From NCBI GenBank assembly GCA_002898015.1, contig BDTM01000035.1, positions 42,401 through 106,400 on the forward strand: a stretch of 64,000 nucleotides of DNA, written 5' to 3'. Positions 1 through 9,927 of this stretch are shown here, piece by piece (position 1 is the first letter of the stretch; every line of letters starts with the position of its first letter). The DNA is from a bacterium BMS3Bbin03 (GTDB lineage Bacteria; Zhuqueibacterota; JdFR-76; BMS3Abin05). The position numbers and the translations under genes were made by a program. Below the pieces are notes generated by a model. That model was given only the letters and a program-made list of their open reading frames with translations, made no database searches and had not been told where the DNA came from.

Positions 1-800
1 CGGCTTTTTAATATCTTTGTCGTAGGCCTCTTTTGTGAGATCGCCGTTGGAAAGCATCATGTAAAGCACGGTGTTCCGCCGGCGGATGGATCGATCGTAA
101 TGGCGAATCGGTGAATAGCGTGCCGGTGATCGTAAAAGTCCCACAAGCACGGCGCTCTCATCGACGGTCAGGTCCTGGACTTTTTTATTAAAATAATACT
201 CTGCGGCGCCTTTAATTCCGTAAGCGCCATGCCCATAATACACATGATTCAGATACATTTCCAGTATTTCGGGTTTGGAATAGTGGCGTTCAATCTGGAC
301 GGCCGTAATCAGCTCCCTGATTTTGCGTGTTAGTTTCTTCTTTTTGGTAAGATACAGCTCACGCGCCAATTGCTGGGTAATCGTGCTGGCGCCCTGTGAT
401 TTCGACATGTGCACGACATCGATAAAAGCAGCCTTGATCGTACGTTTCAAATCAAAGCCCCAGTGATTCCAGAATCTTCGGTCTTCCGTGTCGATCAGCG
501 CCTTTTTCATGTGATCCGGGATGTCTTTCAGGGGGACGATTTCCCTTTTTTGGGTGTAAAGCTCTTTTATGACGACATTGTTTGCGGAATAGATTTTTGT
601 GGCCAATTTCGGCTCGTAATGTTCCAGTTCGGTTAAAGAAGGCAGCCCTTGAAAAATATAAATGGTGTACCAGATGAGCAGCGCCAGCAGCACAATCCCG
701 ATACTTCCGCCAATCAGACGGGCTCTATTTTTAAGAAGAGAATTAAAATCGAACGAAGGGCTTTTTTTGTGATTCTCTTCCGAACGTAATCGTCGTCTCA
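1..800 (-). CDS. Penicillin-binding protein 1A-type, N-terminal transglycosylase (GT51) region; partial, C-terminus lies beyond the window start
   Basis: Reverse-strand translation from the ATG at about 800 gives MRRRLRSEENHKK..., a transmembrane anchor, and GT51 motifs (RFWNHWGFD, SQGASTITQQLAREL, RKIRELITAVQIE, YLNHVYYGHGAYGIKGAAEYYF). The reading frame is still open at position 1. Confidence 0.8.
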
Positions 801-891
801 TAAATTGAAATGAATCTCCATGCTAAAATGTATCCCGGTACATTGCCGATTTTACAACTTAAACTAATACGTTTAAGCCCAAAAAGAGTTC

Positions 892-1662
892 CTAATCGTG
901 AATGCCTCTAAATGAATCGTCTTCAGCCGGATGCCATATTCGCGGCTCAAGCGTCGTGCCGTCGAAAACGGCGTACGTAAAATGAACCATCCAATCTCCA
1001 AGATTGATATAAACTTTTTCCCCTTCTTTGTGAAAGACGGAACGGTGCGTGTGTCCCATGACCACAATTTCGTACCCTTTCCGGAATTGTTCCCGTGCAT
1101 AAGTCAGATACTCGGCATCTTCCGCAGCCGCCTGCTCCGGAGCAAGCATATAATGATTCCGGCTTAAATGGGATGCGTACCGGGCAATCGGAATGCCGAT
1201 GTCGGGATGGATCCAGCGGTAAAGCCAAATCACAAAAGGATTTTGCAGAATCTTTTTCAGTATTCGGTACCCGACGTCTTTTTCAACAAGACCGTCGCCG
1301 TGGAAAAAATAAAAAGATTTTCCGAGAATCGTTTCGGTGTGGACACCGTGATAGGTGCGAATTCCCATTTGTTTCTCGAAAAAACGGCGCATCCAGAAAT
1401 CATGATTTCCCGAAATAAACGTAATTGGAATATCACGTTCGCGGAGAAGCATCAGCTTTGAAAGAATGTGCTGGTAGTAGGTGGGGATGGCGTGTTTATA
1501 TTCAAACCAAAAATCAAACAGATCACCCAGAATATAAAGGGCAAAATCTTCCTGTGTATTTAAAAAACTAAAAAATGATCGTAAATATTTTTCTTTGAGT
1601 ATCTCATTTTCCTGATCGTGCGATCCGATATGAACATCCGAAATGAAATAGACCTTTTTCAT
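892..1662 (-). CDS. Calcineurin-like metallophosphoesterase, UDP-2,3-diacylglucosamine hydrolase (LpxH)-like
   Basis: 256 aa. The N-terminus MKKVYFISDVHIG...ILGDLFDFW and the GNHD, GHTH and GDW metallophosphoesterase motifs are typical of the LpxH family. Confidence 0.6.
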   Translation of the reverse strand: MKKVYFISDVHIGSHDQENEILKEKYLRSFFSFLNTQEDFALYILGDLFDFWFEYKHAIPTYYQHILSKLMLLRERDIPITFISGNHDFWMRRFFEKQMGIRTYHGVHTETILGKSFYFFHGDGLVEKDVGYRILKKILQNPFVIWLYRWIHPDIGIPIARYASHLSRNHYMLAPEQAAAEDAEYLTYAREQFRKGYEIVVMGHTHRSVFHKEGEKVYINLGDWMVHFTYAVFDGTTLEPRIWHPAEDDSFRGIHD

Positions 1663-2044
1663 TATTCCTTATTTTATCTCAAAGATATTGAATTCATTAA
1701 ATAAATTGATTTTTAAAAATTTAACACAAGTTTTTATGAAATGCAAGCGTAATTCTCAAAGAGTATTGAGTTTTCTTCAAATACAGGGTTCAATAGCTGA
1801 TTTCTGTCAGGGCTCTATTCCCCAAAAAAAACGGCTTCTCTGAATGGACACCCAATCCCTGCGGGGGTTTTAAAATCGGGATGTCCCCTGAAAAGCGCCG
1901 TTTGCGAGGCGAGATACATCCGCCACGGGGGTGAGCCCGTGGGAAAAGAGAGAAGAAAATGTTCCAGCCCCCGCCGGAGCCGATATTTTGGCTTTCAAAA
2001 ACTTCTTGACTTGTTTAAAAGAATTCGTTACACTAAAATTAAGA

Positions 2045-2910
2045 TGAAAGAATATTCGGCAAAAGCCTGTGCAAAAATCAATATCGGCTTAAAGGTTTTG
2101 GGCCGGCGCGCGGACGGCTACCACGACATTGAAACCATTTTTCAGTCGATTGATTTATGTGATGAAATTTCAATTTCGACGGCTGAGAAAGGCATTCAAA
2201 TTATTTCCGGTCACAGGGATGTTCCGGCGGACGAAACGAACCTCTGCTGGCGGGCCGCCCAATTGCTGCAGGCGTTCTCCGGGGAAAAGCGCGGCTGCAA
2301 TATCCATATTGCAAAACGCATTCCCGTGGGTGCCGGACTCGGCGGCGGAAGCTCGGATGCAGCCGTGACACTGCGGTTACTGAATCGGCTCTGGAATTTA
2401 GGCTTGGATGACGAAGTTCTTTTTAAAATAGCGTTAAAATTGGGTGCGGATGTCCCGTTTTTTTTAAATCCGGGCAGTGCCGTCGCTTATGGAGTGGGTG
2501 AAGAATTACGCCGCTTTGAGAATAAATGTGTTTTTTTTGGAGTTGTGGTCTATCCCAATATTAGAATTTCCACCGCCTGGGCGTACGGAAATCTTAAATT
2601 AAACTTGACAAATAAAAAAAATTATATTAAATTAGAGACATATTTTGTGGAAAAGCTGTTATTACAAGAATATCCGCTTTTTTTTTCAAATGATTTTGAA
2701 TCTCTTGTATTGGAATTTTATCCCGAATTAAATGAAATCAAAGCCTTAATTTTGAAATCAGGGGCTGATTTTGCCGGGTTGTCCGGAAGTGGTTCTGCGT
2801 TTTTCGGATTGTTTCAGCAAGAGGAAAAGGCTAAAGCAGCTCTAACGTTATTTGACAGTCATCCTTACCAAAAGTTTTTTGTGCGTCCTTACCGGGAAGT
2901 ACCCGATTAA
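2045..2910 (+). CDS. ispE: 4-diphosphocytidyl-2-C-methyl-D-erythritol kinase
   Basis: The GHMP kinase signature AKINIGLKVLGRRADGYHDIETIF and the ATP-binding loop PVGAGLGGGSSDAA are present. I placed the start at the internal Met (MKEYSAKA...) rather than the longer ORF-track start. Confidence 0.85.
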
Positions 2911-2986
2911 CTTTCTTCGGTTTTCCTGAAATAAATATAGAATTTCTGAATAGAAGGGAAATATTCAAAAAAAGAGGGAGAGGGAA

Positions 2987-3295
2987 ATGGAAATAACCGA
3001 AGTAAGCATCACACCGTTGGAAGAATCACGTTTGAAAGCCTATGTAAATATTACATTTGACGAAGTGTTCGTCATACATGGTTTGCGCGTGATTCAAGGG
3101 AACCACGGCATGTTTGTATCTATGCCCGCACGAAGGCTTCCAGATGGCTCTTATAAAGATATTGCCCATCCTATCACGAATGCCTTCCGCCTAAAAATCC
3201 AGCAAGTGGTTTTAGATGCTTACAAAGAGATAATCAGTGAAAATACGCTCGAGAAAACCGAGGATCAAAAACAAGAAAATGTAGCAGTCCAGTAA
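2987..3295 (+). CDS. spoVG: SpoVG family protein
   Basis: 102 aa. MEITEVSITPL...KAYVNITFDEVFVIHGLRVIQGNHGMFVSMP is a strong SpoVG signature. The GAGGGAGAGGG Shine-Dalgarno site lies upstream. Confidence 0.85.
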   Translation: MEITEVSITPLEESRLKAYVNITFDEVFVIHGLRVIQGNHGMFVSMPARRLPDGSYKDIAHPITNAFRLKIQQVVLDAYKEIISENTLEKTEDQKQENVAVQ

Positions 3296-3344
3296 GATTG
3301 GTTCCGGTATTGTGTGGTGTGGTGGCTGTTTTGGGTTAAAAAAA

Positions 3345-4295
3345 ATGTCAATGAACAATGATTTGAAGTTATTTTCGGGCACTGCTAATCCCGCATTGGC
3401 CGAGCGAATTGCCGATAGTTTGAATCGCCCGCTGGAGTCTTTATCCATTCGGCGCTTTAGCGATGGTGAGATCTGGGTGAAATATGTTGAAAATATCCGT
3501 GGAACGGATGTTTTTCTCATTCAGCCCACCTGCTCGCCGGCTGAAAATATCTTGGAATTGCTGATTATGATCGATGCGGCGAAACGGGCATCCGCGCGGC
3601 GCGTGACGGCGGTTCTCCCTTATTACGGGTATGCCCGCCAGGATCGCAAAGACCAGCCGCGGGTGTCAATTTCTTCGAAACTGATGGCAAATCTAATCAC
3701 AACGGCCGGCGCGGATCGTGTCCTTACCATGGATTTGCACGCCGCCCAAATTCAGGGTTTTTTCGATATCCCGCTTGATCATCTGTATTCATCTTTTGTC
3801 TTCGTTGAATATTTCCGTAAAAAAAATATTGAAAATCTGGTGGTCGTTTCACCGGATATCGGCAGCATTAAAATGGCTCGTGCCTATTCAAAACGGTTGG
3901 GTGCCCAGTTGGCGCTGGTTGACAAGCGACGGCCCAAACAAAATGTGGCCGAGATCATGCACATTATTGGCGATGTGAAAGACAAAAACGTGCTTATTGT
4001 GGATGATATGGTGGATACGGCCGGAACTTTGGTCGGAGCGGCGGCAGCCATGAAAAAGAAAGGGGCCAGGCGTGTTTTTGCAGCCTGTACCCATGCCTTA
4101 ATGTCGGGGGATGCCGTAAAAAGGATCGATGAATCCCCCGTCGATGAAATGGTTGTGACCGATACAATTCCGGTGGCAAAAGAAAAAATGATTGGAAAAT
4201 TAAAAATATTGTCTGTGTCGTCGATTTTTGCTCAGGCAATTGAGAGAATTCATAAAGAAGAGTCTATTAGTATTTTATTTGATGTTGAAAAGTAG
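3345..4295 (+). CDS. prs: Ribose-phosphate pyrophosphokinase
   Basis: LKLFSGTANPALAERIA..., the PRPP-binding motif VLIVDDMVDTAGTL, and GYARQDRK are present. The start was set at the MSMNND Met. Confidence 0.9.
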   Translation: MSMNNDLKLFSGTANPALAERIADSLNRPLESLSIRRFSDGEIWVKYVENIRGTDVFLIQPTCSPAENILELLIMIDAAKRASARRVTAVLPYYGYARQDRKDQPRVSISSKLMANLITTAGADRVLTMDLHAAQIQGFFDIPLDHLYSSFVFVEYFRKKNIENLVVVSPDIGSIKMARAYSKRLGAQLALVDKRRPKQNVAEIMHIIGDVKDKNVLIVDDMVDTAGTLVGAAAAMKKKGARRVFAACTHALMSGDAVKRIDESPVDEMVVTDTIPVAKEKMIGKLKILSVSSIFAQAIERIHKEESISILFDVEK

Positions 4296-4309
4296 AAGGG
4301 AGAATCTGT

Positions 4310-4957
4310 ATGGCCGAAGCAGTTATTAAGGCAGATTTGCGTGAAAAAGGTAAAAAGTCCGAATTAAAACAACTTCGGAAAATGGGTAAAATTCCCGCTG
4401 TGTTTTATAGTTCCCATAAAAATTCCGTCACGATTACTCTGGATGAAAAAGAAATGCGCCATTTATTTTTGGCAGGCACCAATATTTTTGACCTGGATAT
4501 GGGGAAGGGAAGAAAAAAGGCCTGCATCGTGCGGGAGATCCAGGTTGATCCCGTGACGGACCAGATTGTCCATGTCGATCTTCTGGGGATTAAGGCATCG
4601 GAAAAAGTGACCATGAAAATCCCCGTTTTGCTTATCGGCAGTGCGGTGGGTGTAAAAGATTTTGGCGGCATTCTGGAACATCAATTACGAGAAATTGAAA
4701 TATCTTGTCTGCCCAAAGACATTCCTGCGCATATCGAAGTAAACGTCTCTGAACTTAACCTGGGCGACAGCATAAGTGTCAGGGACCTGAAGCCTGAAAA
4801 TATCGAAATTTTAACGGATTCCGAGCAGACAATTGCTTCCGTGGTTCATCCGAGAAAAGCAGAAGTCGTCGAAGAAGAAGTTATCGTTGAGGAGGAAGTA
4901 CAGCCTGAAGTGATTCATGGGAAAGAAGAGCCCAAGGAAAACGAATCAACGAAATAG
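4310..4957 (+). CDS. rplY: 50S ribosomal protein L25 / general stress protein Ctc
   Basis: MAEAVIKADLREKGKKSELKQLRKMGKIPAVFY is the L25/Ctc N-terminal domain, and the acidic C-terminal extension is typical of the Ctc form. The position between prs and pth is conserved. Confidence 0.85.
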   Translation: MAEAVIKADLREKGKKSELKQLRKMGKIPAVFYSSHKNSVTITLDEKEMRHLFLAGTNIFDLDMGKGRKKACIVREIQVDPVTDQIVHVDLLGIKASEKVTMKIPVLLIGSAVGVKDFGGILEHQLREIEISCLPKDIPAHIEVNVSELNLGDSISVRDLKPENIEILTDSEQTIASVVHPRKAEVVEEEVIVEEEVQPEVIHGKEEPKENESTK

Positions 4958-5070
4958 TGCGCGGAAGGCGAGTCACAAGTCCCGGTACGGCCCTGCATTT
5001 GTCGCACCGCTTTGGTTTAAAAGCCTGTTTTTTATTCATGAGCCGTTTTAGTTCTTTGGAAATGTAAGCT

Positions 5071-5661
5071 ATGGCAGACGACGCGAATTCACGCTATTTA
5101 ATCATCGGATTGGGGAATCCCGGCAAAAAGTATCAACACACCCGTCACAATGCCGGTTTCCTGGTGGTTGACGCTTTTGCCGAAAAGCACGGCCTGAGTT
5201 TTCGGCAGGGCAGAGGGGACTATCTCCAGGCAAACGGGGTTATCAATCGCAAAAAGATCAGTCTGATTAAGCCATTAACCTTCATGAATAATAGTGGTTT
5301 AGCCGTTCAACAGGCGGTTCATTTTTTTAAGGTCGATCTTTCGAATATCCTTGTGGTCGTGGATGATTTTCAGATTCCGCTCGGAACCATTCGAATTCGG
5401 AAGCAGGGAAGCGGCGGCGGGCACCATGGGCTGGCTTCCATTATTAGTCAGCTTCAAACACTCAATTTCCCCCGAATGAGAATAGGGATCGGAAAAGAGC
5501 AGGCCATTCCAAATTGGGTAACGTTTGTGTTATCTGATTTTGCCCGGGAGGAATTTGAGACGTTTAATGCGGTTGTCCCCATCGCAGTTGAGGCTATTTT
5601 GTGTTTTATTGAAGAAGGAATTGAAAAGACGATGAATCAATACAATCGAAAAAACGACTGA
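5071..5661 (+). CDS. pth: Peptidyl-tRNA hydrolase
   Basis: YLIIGLGNPGKKYQHTRHNAGF is the canonical Pth N-terminus. Confidence 0.9.
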   Translation: MADDANSRYLIIGLGNPGKKYQHTRHNAGFLVVDAFAEKHGLSFRQGRGDYLQANGVINRKKISLIKPLTFMNNSGLAVQQAVHFFKVDLSNILVVVDDFQIPLGTIRIRKQGSGGGHHGLASIISQLQTLNFPRMRIGIGKEQAIPNWVTFVLSDFAREEFETFNAVVPIAVEAILCFIEEGIEKTMNQYNRKND

Positions 5662-5702
5662 ACATTAGAGCCAGTTTATTTTCTTTGAAAACGGAGGTTT
5701 AA

Positions 5703-6086
5703 ATGAAACAAAATTTGTACGAAACAATAATCATCATAGATCCACAGTTAGATCAGGAGAAAATTGAAGAGTTAGTGAATAAAATTCAGAAAATAATTAC
5801 GGACAGCGGCGGCTCCATTCGAAAAGTTGATCAATGGGGTAAAAAACGGATGGCGTATGAAATTAAAAAGAAACAATACGGGTATTATATTTACTTCTTC
5901 TATGAATCCGACGGCAGCGTGATCGATGCGATAGGAAAAGATTTTCGTTTAAATGAGTTTATTTTGCGCGATTTAACGGTTAAATTGGATATGAAAGCCG
6001 TCCGGCAAATGGAAAAAGGGAAAATAGTCGATTTTAGAAAATTCGGACGGATGAATCAAAATCGAATGCACAGAGCCAACGCATAA
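5703..6086 (+). CDS. rpsF: 30S ribosomal protein S6
   Basis: MKQNLYETIIIIDPQL...KVDQWGKKRMAYEI is the S6 signature. A GGAGG Shine-Dalgarno site lies upstream. Confidence 0.85.
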   Translation: MKQNLYETIIIIDPQLDQEKIEELVNKIQKIITDSGGSIRKVDQWGKKRMAYEIKKKQYGYYIYFFYESDGSVIDAIGKDFRLNEFILRDLTVKLDMKAVRQMEKGKIVDFRKFGRMNQNRMHRANA

Positions 6087-6134
6087 AAAAGTTTGTCCAG
6101 CATAAAAAAAATAGGAGATCTAAAATTGATTCGG

Positions 6135-6353
6135 ATGAGAAAAAAACGGATTTGTCGTTTTTGCGAGAATAATATTGAATATATTGATTATAAAGAAGAA
6201 AAACTGCTCCAAAGATTCACAACAGAGCAAGGGAAAATCATACCTCGCAGAATTTCCGGCACCTGTGCGCACCACCAACGCCAGTTAGTCAGGGCCATTA
6301 AACGGGCTCGCCATCTGGCATTAATACCATTTGTGGCAGAACACACAAACTAA
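6135..6353 (+). CDS. rpsR: 30S ribosomal protein S18
   Basis: [10 protein letters not shown]...IDYK...[33 protein letters not shown] is present. The start is ambiguous: ATG 6135, TTG 6126 or the ORF-track start at 6093. An AGGAG site at about 6113 favours 6126 or 6135. Confidence 0.8.
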   Translation: MRKKRICRFCENNIEYIDYKEEKLLQRFTTEQGKIIPRRISGTCAHHQRQLVRAIKRARHLALIPFVAEHTN

Positions 6354-6397
6354 TTTTTAAAAGATCACACATTATCACGATAGGGAGTTAAGGTGAG

Positions 6398-6841
6398 ATG
6401 AAAGTCATTTTGAAGCAGGATGTTGAATCTGTCGGGTCGGTTGGCGACATCGTTGAAGTGAAAAACGGATATGCCAGAAATTATCTTGTGCCCCAGGGCA
6501 TGGCGCTCGAGGCGACCCGGGGGAATTTAAAACAAATTGATCAGGAAAAGAAAACTCTGGAGCTGCAAAAAAACAGAGAGAAGAAGACCGCCGAAGAATT
6601 GGCAAACAAATTGAACAACACGTCCATAACCATTTCAGTTCCGGTGGGAGAAGAGAACAGGCTGTTTGGATCTGTGACTTCTCAGGATATTGCCGATTCT
6701 TTAAAAGAAAAAGACTTTAAGATCGATAAACGGAAAATTATCCTGGAAGAGCCGATCAAGGTGTTAGGCATCTATTCTGTTCCGATTAAAATTCATTCTG
6801 AAGTAGAGGCTAAAGTAAAAGTCTGGGTCGTTAAAAAGTAG
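6398..6841 (+). CDS. rplI: 50S ribosomal protein L9
   Basis: MKVILKQDVESVGSVGDIVEVKNGYARNYLVPQG is a strong L9 signature. Confidence 0.9.
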   Translation: MKVILKQDVESVGSVGDIVEVKNGYARNYLVPQGMALEATRGNLKQIDQEKKTLELQKNREKKTAEELANKLNNTSITISVPVGEENRLFGSVTSQDIADSLKEKDFKIDKRKIILEEPIKVLGIYSVPIKIHSEVEAKVKVWVVKK

Positions 6842-6884
6842 AGTGCCCTTTCAGGCCGCTTTTTACTTTTAATCAGGATTTCCT

Positions 6885-7589
6885 ATGACTCTTTTCTGGT
6901 TACTTGTATTAGCACATTTGGTGGGCGATTTCCCTCTTCAAACAGATACAATCTTCTTTTACAAAAATAAATACAAGTGGGGAATCCTTTTACATGTGAG
7001 TATTTGTGCAGTAATGAATGTTGTGTTTACTGTGCCTTATCTAAAATATCCGTCCTTTTGGGGGGTTCTTTTCCTTCTGTTTATCTCACATGTTTTTTAT
7101 GATTCGGGAAAAATCTGGTTTGCCGGGAATATAATCAAAGACAGTGTATTTCTCTTTTTGTTTGATCAATTTTTACACGTATTCACCATCTGGCTGCTCA
7201 GTATCATATTTATCGGAATGCACCCGGTACTCAAGATCAGTAATGCGATACCGTTTTATTCAAACAGAATTTTAATTATTCAATTGTCCGGATTCCTTTT
7301 CGCCGTTTTTGCTCTGGCGCCGCTTGTTTTTTATGTTAAGCTTTTTATAAATACCCGATTTAGCCGGGGGGAAAAAAAGTCCCTTGTATTTCCCGAGTTT
7401 AAAGAACGCATCCCCGGGTATATTGAACGATTTTTTCTGGTTCTTTTCGCATTTTTGGGTGGGTGGTATTGGCCGGGGGTTCTGCTTGTTTTCGGAATCA
7501 GAATTTATTATCAGCGAAAATTTGATTGGCCTGTTTTGATTTTTGGAAGCGGAATCGCTCTTTTAACCGGTGTGTTAATTCGATTTTAG
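6885..7589 (+). CDS. Polytopic membrane protein, DUF3307-like
   Basis: 234 aa with multiple hydrophobic helices. The HLVGDFPLQ motif is characteristic of the DUF3307 family. Confidence 0.5.
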   Translation: MTLFWLLVLAHLVGDFPLQTDTIFFYKNKYKWGILLHVSICAVMNVVFTVPYLKYPSFWGVLFLLFISHVFYDSGKIWFAGNIIKDSVFLFLFDQFLHVFTIWLLSIIFIGMHPVLKISNAIPFYSNRILIIQLSGFLFAVFALAPLVFYVKLFINTRFSRGEKKSLVFPEFKERIPGYIERFFLVLFAFLGGWYWPGVLLVFGIRIYYQRKFDWPVLIFGSGIALLTGVLIRF

Positions 7590-7667
7590 TTTTTATCAAT
7601 TGATTTTTCTTTTAATATTCGTTAAATTTCAAACAAAAGGGTTGGGAAAAATTTTGCGGAGGTGAAG

Positions 7668-7886
7668 ATGGAAGAAATTGTATTTCCGGAATGTCAAAAA
7701 TGCAGCACTGGTGTATTGGTGCCGTTGTCTGATTATGGAAGAGATGGAGCCACCATTATGTACAAAGCGTGGGTCTGTACAAATCCGGAGTGTGGTTTCC
7801 ACATTCGAATTGACAATGGAGAAGTCAGTTTTGGCCAGACAAAGGATCAATCGAATCGAAGGAAAAGAATAGTTTTAAAGAGATGA
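7668..7886 (+). CDS. Small zinc-ribbon protein (CxxC...CxxC)
   Basis: 72 aa with CQKCSTG and CTNPECG cysteine pairs. A GGAGGTGA Shine-Dalgarno site lies 5 nt upstream of the ATG. The ORF-track start at 7662 sits too close to this site. Confidence 0.45.
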   Translation: MEEIVFPECQKCSTGVLVPLSDYGRDGATIMYKAWVCTNPECGFHIRIDNGEVSFGQTKDQSNRRKRIVLKR

Positions 7887-7965
7887 AGCATCTCAAACAG
7901 GATAAAAGAATTTTCCTTTTGCGCTATTTTTCTTCTTGTGAAAAAAAACCATTCATCAAAATTCT

Positions 7966-8889
7966 ATGAATATCTTTCGAAAAATATTTTTTGATTATAA
8001 GATTAAACTCTTCATTGTGGCAATAGCCGTTTTGCTCTGGTTGTATGTTTCCATTGAAGATACTTACGAATATAATTTTCCGGTCCGAATCGTTCCCGTT
8101 AATGTGCGTTCCAATTACCTGATTGTGAATAATTATCCCAGAGAGGCCCTGGTTAAATTTCGCGGGAAGGGAAAAAATCTATTTGCCCTAAAAAGTTCGG
8201 ACAAACAAATTCGATTTGATCTTGCGCATTATCGCAGAAAAGCTATTTATCGATTGAGACCCGAGATGGTGGAAGTGCCGTCCGATTTGTCGGTTCAGGT
8301 GCTTCAGATTGTGAATCCCGATACGGTTGTATTTGTACTGGAGCGCAAATCGGAAAGGGAACTGCCCATTATTCCCAATATTTCAATGGTATTGGAACCC
8401 GGGTACATCGTTGTGGGTGAAATAAAAATAACACCGCCGAAGGTTCGCGTTTCGGGCCCCAAAAGTGTGGTCGATACGTTAAAAATTCTGCACACCCGGA
8501 AGTTATTTTTTGAGCATGTAAAATCTGATTTGAACGGTAAGGTCAGGCTGGTGTTCCAGGAGAATCATCATTTAACCGTGACGCCAAAATGGGTCCGGTA
8601 TTCGATTAATGTCCAGCAGTTGGGTGAGAAGACGGTTAAGGACATTCCCGTAAAATTGTTGAATGCTCCGGTAAAAGGTAATTTCAGGGTTATTCCTTCC
8701 ACAATTTCCGTGACGATCGAAGGAGGCGTCGACCTTTTGGATAAGATTACAGCGAAGGATATTTATGTGTATATTGATTACAAACAGCGAAAAATTGATC
8801 ATGACGAATATAAAGCGATTATAGAACTGCCTCCCGAGACACGCTTTTCCAATGCCTTTCCGCACACGTTTAAAGTTGTTACGGATTAA
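7966..8889 (+). CDS. YbbR-like domain protein (CdaR-type)
   Basis: There is an N-terminal transmembrane helix followed by repeated YbbR-like beta modules (VRIVPVN..., VRVSGPKSV..., ISVTIEGG...). Confidence 0.55.
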   Translation: MNIFRKIFFDYKIKLFIVAIAVLLWLYVSIEDTYEYNFPVRIVPVNVRSNYLIVNNYPREALVKFRGKGKNLFALKSSDKQIRFDLAHYRRKAIYRLRPEMVEVPSDLSVQVLQIVNPDTVVFVLERKSERELPIIPNISMVLEPGYIVVGEIKITPPKVRVSGPKSVVDTLKILHTRKLFFEHVKSDLNGKVRLVFQENHHLTVTPKWVRYSINVQQLGEKTVKDIPVKLLNAPVKGNFRVIPSTISVTIEGGVDLLDKITAKDIYVYIDYKQRKIDHDEYKAIIELPPETRFSNAFPHTFKVVTD

Positions 8890-8891
8890 TA

Positions 8892-9920
8892 ATGAAAGTA
8901 CTCGGGATAGAGTCGTCCTGTGACGAAACGGCTGCCGCCGTTCTGGAGGACGGAAAACTATTGTCCAATGTAATATTATCCCAACTGGACGTTCATCGAA
9001 AGTACGGAGGCGTTGTGCCGGAGCTGGCCTCCCGGGCGCACGTGCAGGCCATATTGCCCATCATCCGGGAAGCTCTGAACGAGGCCCATCTCGGCCGGGA
9101 AGCGATTGACGGAATTGCCGTCACCTACGGCCCCGGACTGATTGGTTCGCTGTTGGTCGGGCTGAATGTGGCAAAAGGGATGGCGGCTGTATTGGATAAA
9201 CCGTTGATTGGGGTGAATCACATCGAGGGACACATTTTTGCCAATTCACTGGATCATCCCGAAATGGATTTGCCGTTTTTGGCCCTGATTGTTTCCGGAG
9301 GGCACACGCAATTAGTGGATGTGCAGGACTGGGGGAAGTACGCCATTGTCGGAAAAACAATCGATGATGCCGCCGGAGAAGCTTTCGACAAGGTGGCGAA
9401 ACTGCTGGGGCTGGGTTACCCGGGAGGTCCGGAGATTAATCGTCTGGCAAAAACCGGCGATCCGGATTTTGTGAAATTCCCGAGAGCCTGGATGGGTGCC
9501 GATAATTTGAATTTTAGTTTCAGTGGATTAAAGACGGCCGTTTTAAATTACGTGGAATCAAAATCGGATGAATTTAAGCAAAAACATCTTGCCGATATTG
9601 CGGCCGGTTTTCAGCAGTCGGTAGTGGACGTGTTGATTGAAAAATCCCGAAAAGCGCTTGTGCGATTGGGTTACAAAACAATGGCGCTGGCGGGGGGAGT
9701 GGCTCGAAATTCGGCCTTAAGAAAGGCGTTTCTGAAAATGGGGGAGCAGAACAATCTCACAATTTATTTACCGGATTACGATTTTTGCACCGACAATGCG
9801 GCAATGATTGCCAGAGCGGGTGAATTCTATTTTCAACGGGGGCAGACATCGACCCTGGACCTGGATGCCGATCCGTCGCTGAAACTGCCGGCCAATTATC
9901 CGAAGGGTGCGGAGGCGTAA
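8892..9920 (+). CDS. tsaD: tRNA N6-adenosine threonylcarbamoyltransferase
   Basis: MKVLGIESSCDETAAAVL... and the HxxGH metal site (VNHIEGHIF) identify the Kae1/TsaD family. Confidence 0.9.
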   Translation: MKVLGIESSCDETAAAVLEDGKLLSNVILSQLDVHRKYGGVVPELASRAHVQAILPIIREALNEAHLGREAIDGIAVTYGPGLIGSLLVGLNVAKGMAAVLDKPLIGVNHIEGHIFANSLDHPEMDLPFLALIVSGGHTQLVDVQDWGKYAIVGKTIDDAAGEAFDKVAKLLGLGYPGGPEINRLAKTGDPDFVKFPRAWMGADNLNFSFSGLKTAVLNYVESKSDEFKQKHLADIAAGFQQSVVDVLIEKSRKALVRLGYKTMALAGGVARNSALRKAFLKMGEQNNLTIYLPDYDFCTDNAAMIARAGEFYFQRGQTSTLDLDADPSLKLPANYPKGAEA

Positions 9921-9927
9921 GTCGGGA

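Noticed and set aside
1663-2044. Possible small RNA or riboswitch in the lpxH-ispE divergent intergenic region
   Set aside because: Only short GC hairpins (CCACGGG / CCCGTGG) are present. There is no recognisable riboswitch core and no terminator.
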